Shown here: positions 29,010 through 32,000 of the stretch, one piece after another
How the letters are laid out: each line of letters starts with the position of its first letter
How positions within the stretch are numbered: the stretch's first letter is position 1
Assembly (NCBI RefSeq): GCF_001465295.1
Contig: NZ_CP011034.1
Coordinates: forward strand, 3,240,001-3,272,000
DNA from: Pseudoalteromonas translucida KMM 520
GTDB taxonomy: Bacteria > Pseudomonadota > Gammaproteobacteria > Enterobacterales > Alteromonadaceae
DNA: 32,000 bases
Direction of reading: 5' to 3'
The notes under the pieces: model-generated
What the model saw: the letters and a program-made list of their open reading frames with translations, nothing else
The model's database searches: none
Told to the model about the DNA's origin: nothing
Program-made: the position numbers and the translations under genes

Positions 29010-29612
29010 CTACTTGGTTACTTTTTCTAAAAAGGCTTGTTGCTGAGCTGGAGTTGCTTGTTGCCACCAAAAGTCGAGCATTGCTGCTGCGCTAGGCATG
29101 CCTTTACCATTAATAGGTGCAACTGGTTTAATTGCTTCGCTGGCGCTGGTTGCCATCGCAGTTGCATTACTAACTTGCTGTACTGGTACAGCATTTGTGA
29201 GTTGAGCATTAGAAATTACACTTAATGGCGCAGCCAGTGCACTTCCCTTTGCTTTTAAGCTTACTTGTGGCGACTGCGCAAATACTTTAGCCGCAACCGC
29301 ATTTTTGGCACGATTAAACTCTAAAATATAATCTTTACCCGCCTCAATAGTTACATTTACCCAAAATGGTTCAGACTCTACCACTTCATGATCGTCGTAA
29401 CCTAGGTCATACAAGTCAGTGTATTTAAGCTTTAATTTATAACTACCCGGTGCTAGCTCTATGTCGTCAACGCGGCTAAATATCGAACTTTCAATAATAC
29501 GTTCACCAACTTGCAGAGGGACAAACTCTTCTGGAAAGTGAATGTTTTCTGCCATGCTCGACACACTAAACAATAGCGCTGCGGCACTACCTAATAATAT
29601 TGATTTACGCAT
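29010..29612 (-). CDS. YccT/UPF0319 (DUF2057)-like periplasmic protein
   Basis: The signal is MRKSILLGSAAALLFSVSSMA. LAPGSYKLKLKYTDLY and the general layout resemble YccT. The ATG at 29612 has aaggag upstream; the track start at 29663 is an extension. Confidence 0.65.
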   Translation of the reverse strand: MRKSILLGSAAALLFSVSSMAENIHFPEEFVPLQVGERIIESSIFSRVDDIELAPGSYKLKLKYTDLYDLGYDDHEVVESEPFWVNVTIEAGKDYILEFNRAKNAVAAKVFAQSPQVSLKAKGSALAAPLSVISNAQLTNAVPVQQVSNATAMATSASEAIKPVAPINGKGMPSAAAMLDFWWQQATPAQQQAFLEKVTK

Positions 29613-29705
29613 ATTTTCTCCTTTATTTGATTTCAGTTTGACACTGCTTGTAAAGTTTGTCATTAGTGGAGCTTACTTTAATCATACTTATTGAGGGGCC
29701 GTATA

Positions 29706-30077
29706 ATGAGCCAAGAGACTATTTTTACTAAAATAATTAATCGTGAGATCCCAGCTGATATTATTTATGAAGATGAGCATACTCTCGCCTTTAAAGATAT
29801 AAACCCTCAGGCGCCATTTCACGCGCTTATTATCCCCAAAAAGGCAATTGCTACTATTAACGATGTAACCCCTGAAAACTCGCATTTAGTGGGTAATTTA
29901 TATGTAGTAGCGGCAAAATTAGCCAAGCAACTAAACTTTGCTGACGATGGCTACCGAGTAGTTATGAATTGCAATGAGCATGGCGGCCAAACCGTATATC
30001 ATATTCATTTACATATGCTTGCAGGTAAAGAGATGGGCTGGCCTCCTTATCAAAACACCAAAAAAGTGGCGCTATAA
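29706..30077 (+). CDS. hinT: HIT-family purine nucleoside phosphoramidase (HinT-like)
   Basis: It carries ETIFTKIINREIPADIIYEDE and the histidine triad HIHLHML. I prefer the ATG at 29706; the track start at 29691 is a TTG extension. Confidence 0.88.
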   Translation: MSQETIFTKIINREIPADIIYEDEHTLAFKDINPQAPFHALIIPKKAIATINDVTPENSHLVGNLYVVAAKLAKQLNFADDGYRVVMNCNEHGGQTVYHIHLHMLAGKEMGWPPYQNTKKVAL

Positions 30078-30290
30078 ACTGCTATTTATTTTATACAATT
30101 AGTTATAAGCTTTTTAGGGTGTTTTATTTTGTAATCGCAACCAATAAATAATTACTTATTTGCAACATTTTATGTTTAAATAATCATAATATCGTACTTG
30201 CTTTTTGCGTTACAACGCGACTTTCTAATACAAAAGGTGTGGAGGTCGTGGTAAACTTAATCATAAGCTTTATAAAAGAGTAAAAATAAT

Positions 30291-30947
30291 ATGAGCAGTT
30301 CAGCCTTTTTGTTATTAGATGAAGAGCCCATTAACACTATTGGTATTAACGTTTTAGAACCTTTGTTAAAAACGCAAGGTATTAGCGTAACCACAGGCAC
30401 CAATATTTTAGATGTGCCTGTGGGAACACGACTTTTGTTTATCGAAACATCGAGCAAAGATGCGTGGGGAAAATTAAAAGAGCAACTGGTTAATTTACGA
30501 GTTAAATGCGATATCGTATTATTTAATTTGGATGAAAACCCAGAGCTTGCTAATCGCGCCTTACTTAGCGGAATTCGTGGTGTATTTTACACCACAGATA
30601 ACGCCGATGTATTGATGAAAGGTATTCGCTTACTACTTGAAGATCAACTTTGGTATCGCAGAGATATAATGTGTAATGCATTAAATCGTATGTTGCAGTT
30701 TAATAAAGATGCACTGCATAAGCTTACCGAAGGCGATATTGAGCCAGTTAAACTTACCAAGCGCGAAAAAGCCATTATTGCATTAATGAGTAATGGCTCA
30801 AAAAATAAAGAAATTGCTGAAGAGCTAAGCATTAGCCCACACACAGTTAAAACTCATTTATACAGCGCATTTAGAAAAACAAAATGTCGTAACCGTATTG
30901 AGCTACTATCGTGGGCACAGCAGCATATTCCAGACGAAATACGTTAA
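30291..30947 (+). CDS. CsgD/VpsT-family LuxR-type transcriptional regulator (atypical receiver-like N-domain plus C-terminal LuxR HTH)
   Basis: LTKREKAIIALMSNGSKNKEIAEELSISPHTVKTHLYSAFRKT is a LuxR/FixJ HTH. The N-domain blocks (IVLFNLDEN..., IRGVFYTTDNADVLMKGIRLLL) are colinear with CsgD as I remember it. Confidence 0.8.
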   Translation: MSSSAFLLLDEEPINTIGINVLEPLLKTQGISVTTGTNILDVPVGTRLLFIETSSKDAWGKLKEQLVNLRVKCDIVLFNLDENPELANRALLSGIRGVFYTTDNADVLMKGIRLLLEDQLWYRRDIMCNALNRMLQFNKDALHKLTEGDIEPVKLTKREKAIIALMSNGSKNKEIAEELSISPHTVKTHLYSAFRKTKCRNRIELLSWAQQHIPDEIR

Positions 30948-30971
30948 TTTAAACTTTAGTTTAAACACAAA

Positions 30972-30996
30972 ACAGGCACATACGTGTCTGTTTTTG
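30972..30996 (+). terminator. Probable terminator after the LuxR-family gene
   Basis: acaggcac-atac-gtgtctgt (one G-U pair) followed by ttttt. Confidence 0.5.
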
Positions 30997-31158
30997 TATC
31001 TGGGCAAGCTTAAATTTTAAATAATAAGTCGCTCCCCAGCGAATAAAATATACGTTTAATCTCAATATAGCTCAATGTGTTAAACAATATATTGAGCTAT
31101 TTCCGGTTAAGTAATTATTGTTATATTTTTAACCTAATAACACGCTATTGGTGCCTTA

Positions 31159-32000
31159 ATGCTCGACTCTTTTACCCTTTATTTTGCCAGTATCGCCGTT
31201 ATGGTTGTAATGACCCTGCTAAACTTTTTAACCTGGCGCACCAATAAACACACTCCAGGCACTTTGCTTTATATTTTTTATCCTGTTTTGTTACTCGGCG
31301 TTATTATTGGTTTTACTCTGATCGGGCGAGTCCCTGAGCTTGTCGCTATTAGCATTGCCAATATATTGATGTTTGCGGCCTCAATTGTGCATTGCCTTGC
31401 TATTAGCCAGTTTTTAGATTATCGCGGTATTGGCTTTAAACTTGTGTGTGCATTTACTGCTTTTAGCAGCGTAATGCTGGGTTATTACAGCTTTTTGTCG
31501 CCATCTATTCAAGATAGGCTGTTTATATCTGATATACAGCATATAGCTGAAGCTGCATTTTTACTGTTTATATTTATAAAATATGCACGCAAGCCCTACC
31601 CCAACGGCAGCATTGTTTATATTATAATTTTAACCTTAGTTGCCGTAAGCTTTATTGCCCGCTCGATATTTATGCAAAAAATTGAGCAGCATGACACCCT
31701 ATTAAGCCCTTGGTTTAGCTCGTTGCTTTTTTTAAACGGGGTTATAGCACCTATGTTTTATGCCGCAGGCATGGCACTGTTGTGTAATGAGCGCAGAGAG
31801 CAGCACCTTAACAAACTCACTAAAAAAGCCCGTAAAGATCTAGAAATACGTGGGTTGTTTTTATCAACCATCAGCCACGAAATTCGCACCCCTTTAAACG
31901 GCATTTTAGGCAGTGCTCAGTTAGTTATGAACCAAACAAGTGATGCTCGCAATAAAGCCTATTGCGAGGCAATTATTAACTCTGCCGAATCCCTTAATTT
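31159..32000 (+). CDS. Sensor histidine kinase, 5' part only (multi-TM N-terminal domain plus start of the HisKA domain); continues beyond the window
   Basis: Hand translation from the ATG at 31159 gives MLDSFTLYFASIAVMVVMTLLNFL... with about six hydrophobic spans, then a coiled linker and the H-box LFLSTISHEIRTPLNGILG. The frame is open to the window end, so it is absent from the track. Confidence 0.8.
   Translation, partial: MLDSFTLYFASIAVMVVMTLLNFLTWRTNKHTPGTLLYIFYPVLLLGVIIGFTLIGRVPELVAISIANILMFAASIVHCLAISQFLDYRGIGFKLVCAFTAFSSVMLGYYSFLSPSIQDRLFISDIQHIAEAAFLLFIFIKYARKPYPNGSIVYIIILTLVAVSFIARSIFMQKIEQHDTLLSPWFSSLLFLNGVIAPMFYAAGMALLCNERREQHLNKLTKKARKDLEIRGLFLSTISHEIRTPLNGILGSAQLVMNQTSDARNKAYCEAIINSAESLN

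Overview
This window looks like ordinary core chromosome of a moderately AT-rich marine gammaproteobacterium. Gene order and the EF-Tu sequence suggest Alteromonadales, possibly Pseudoalteromonas, but that is inference only. It is densely packed with housekeeping genes in blocks that match well-known E. coli neighbourhoods. (1) A truncated LysR regulator lies divergent from an NADPH:FMN reductase, followed by a TerB-like protein and three small secreted or membrane proteins of unknown function. (2) leuABCD sits on the minus strand. Its Leu-rich leader peptide and attenuator are missing from the ORF track; I found them by hand. (3) fabR is divergent from a Delta9-type fatty-acid desaturase that is almost fused to sthA. 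(4) hemE is divergent from rsd. (5) The block fkpA-like / WD40 lipoprotein / slyX / yheV / yheS / TIGR02444-like / small membrane protein / yheT / yheU follows. (6) An M19 dipeptidase is convergent with the minus-strand unit murB-birA-coaX-thrU-tyrU-glyT-thrT-tufB. (7) An M1 (LTA4-hydrolase-like) aminopeptidase, a YccT/DUF2057-like protein and a HIT protein come next. (8) A CsgD/VpsT-family LuxR regulator is followed by the 5' part of a multi-TM histidine kinase. I see no transposase, integrase, phage genes, CRISPR array, toxin-antitoxin pair or defence-island-like cluster, so I cannot honestly claim a novel multi-gene system here. The best leads are small-scale. They are a perfect (TATCAGG)x6 microsatellite paired with inverted degenerate copies at the synteny break downstream of tufB; a 200-bp-phased direct repeat flanking a 106-bp imperfect palindrome in the LysR divergent promoter region; a three-segment leu attenuator; a FabR-box-like palindrome controlling a desaturase-sthA pair; a VpsT-like WYRR motif in the CsgD-family regulator; and two long, unexplained non-coding gaps (hemE-rsd and 18963-19327). 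All protein identifications rest on my own recognition of motifs and remembered homologues, not on searches.
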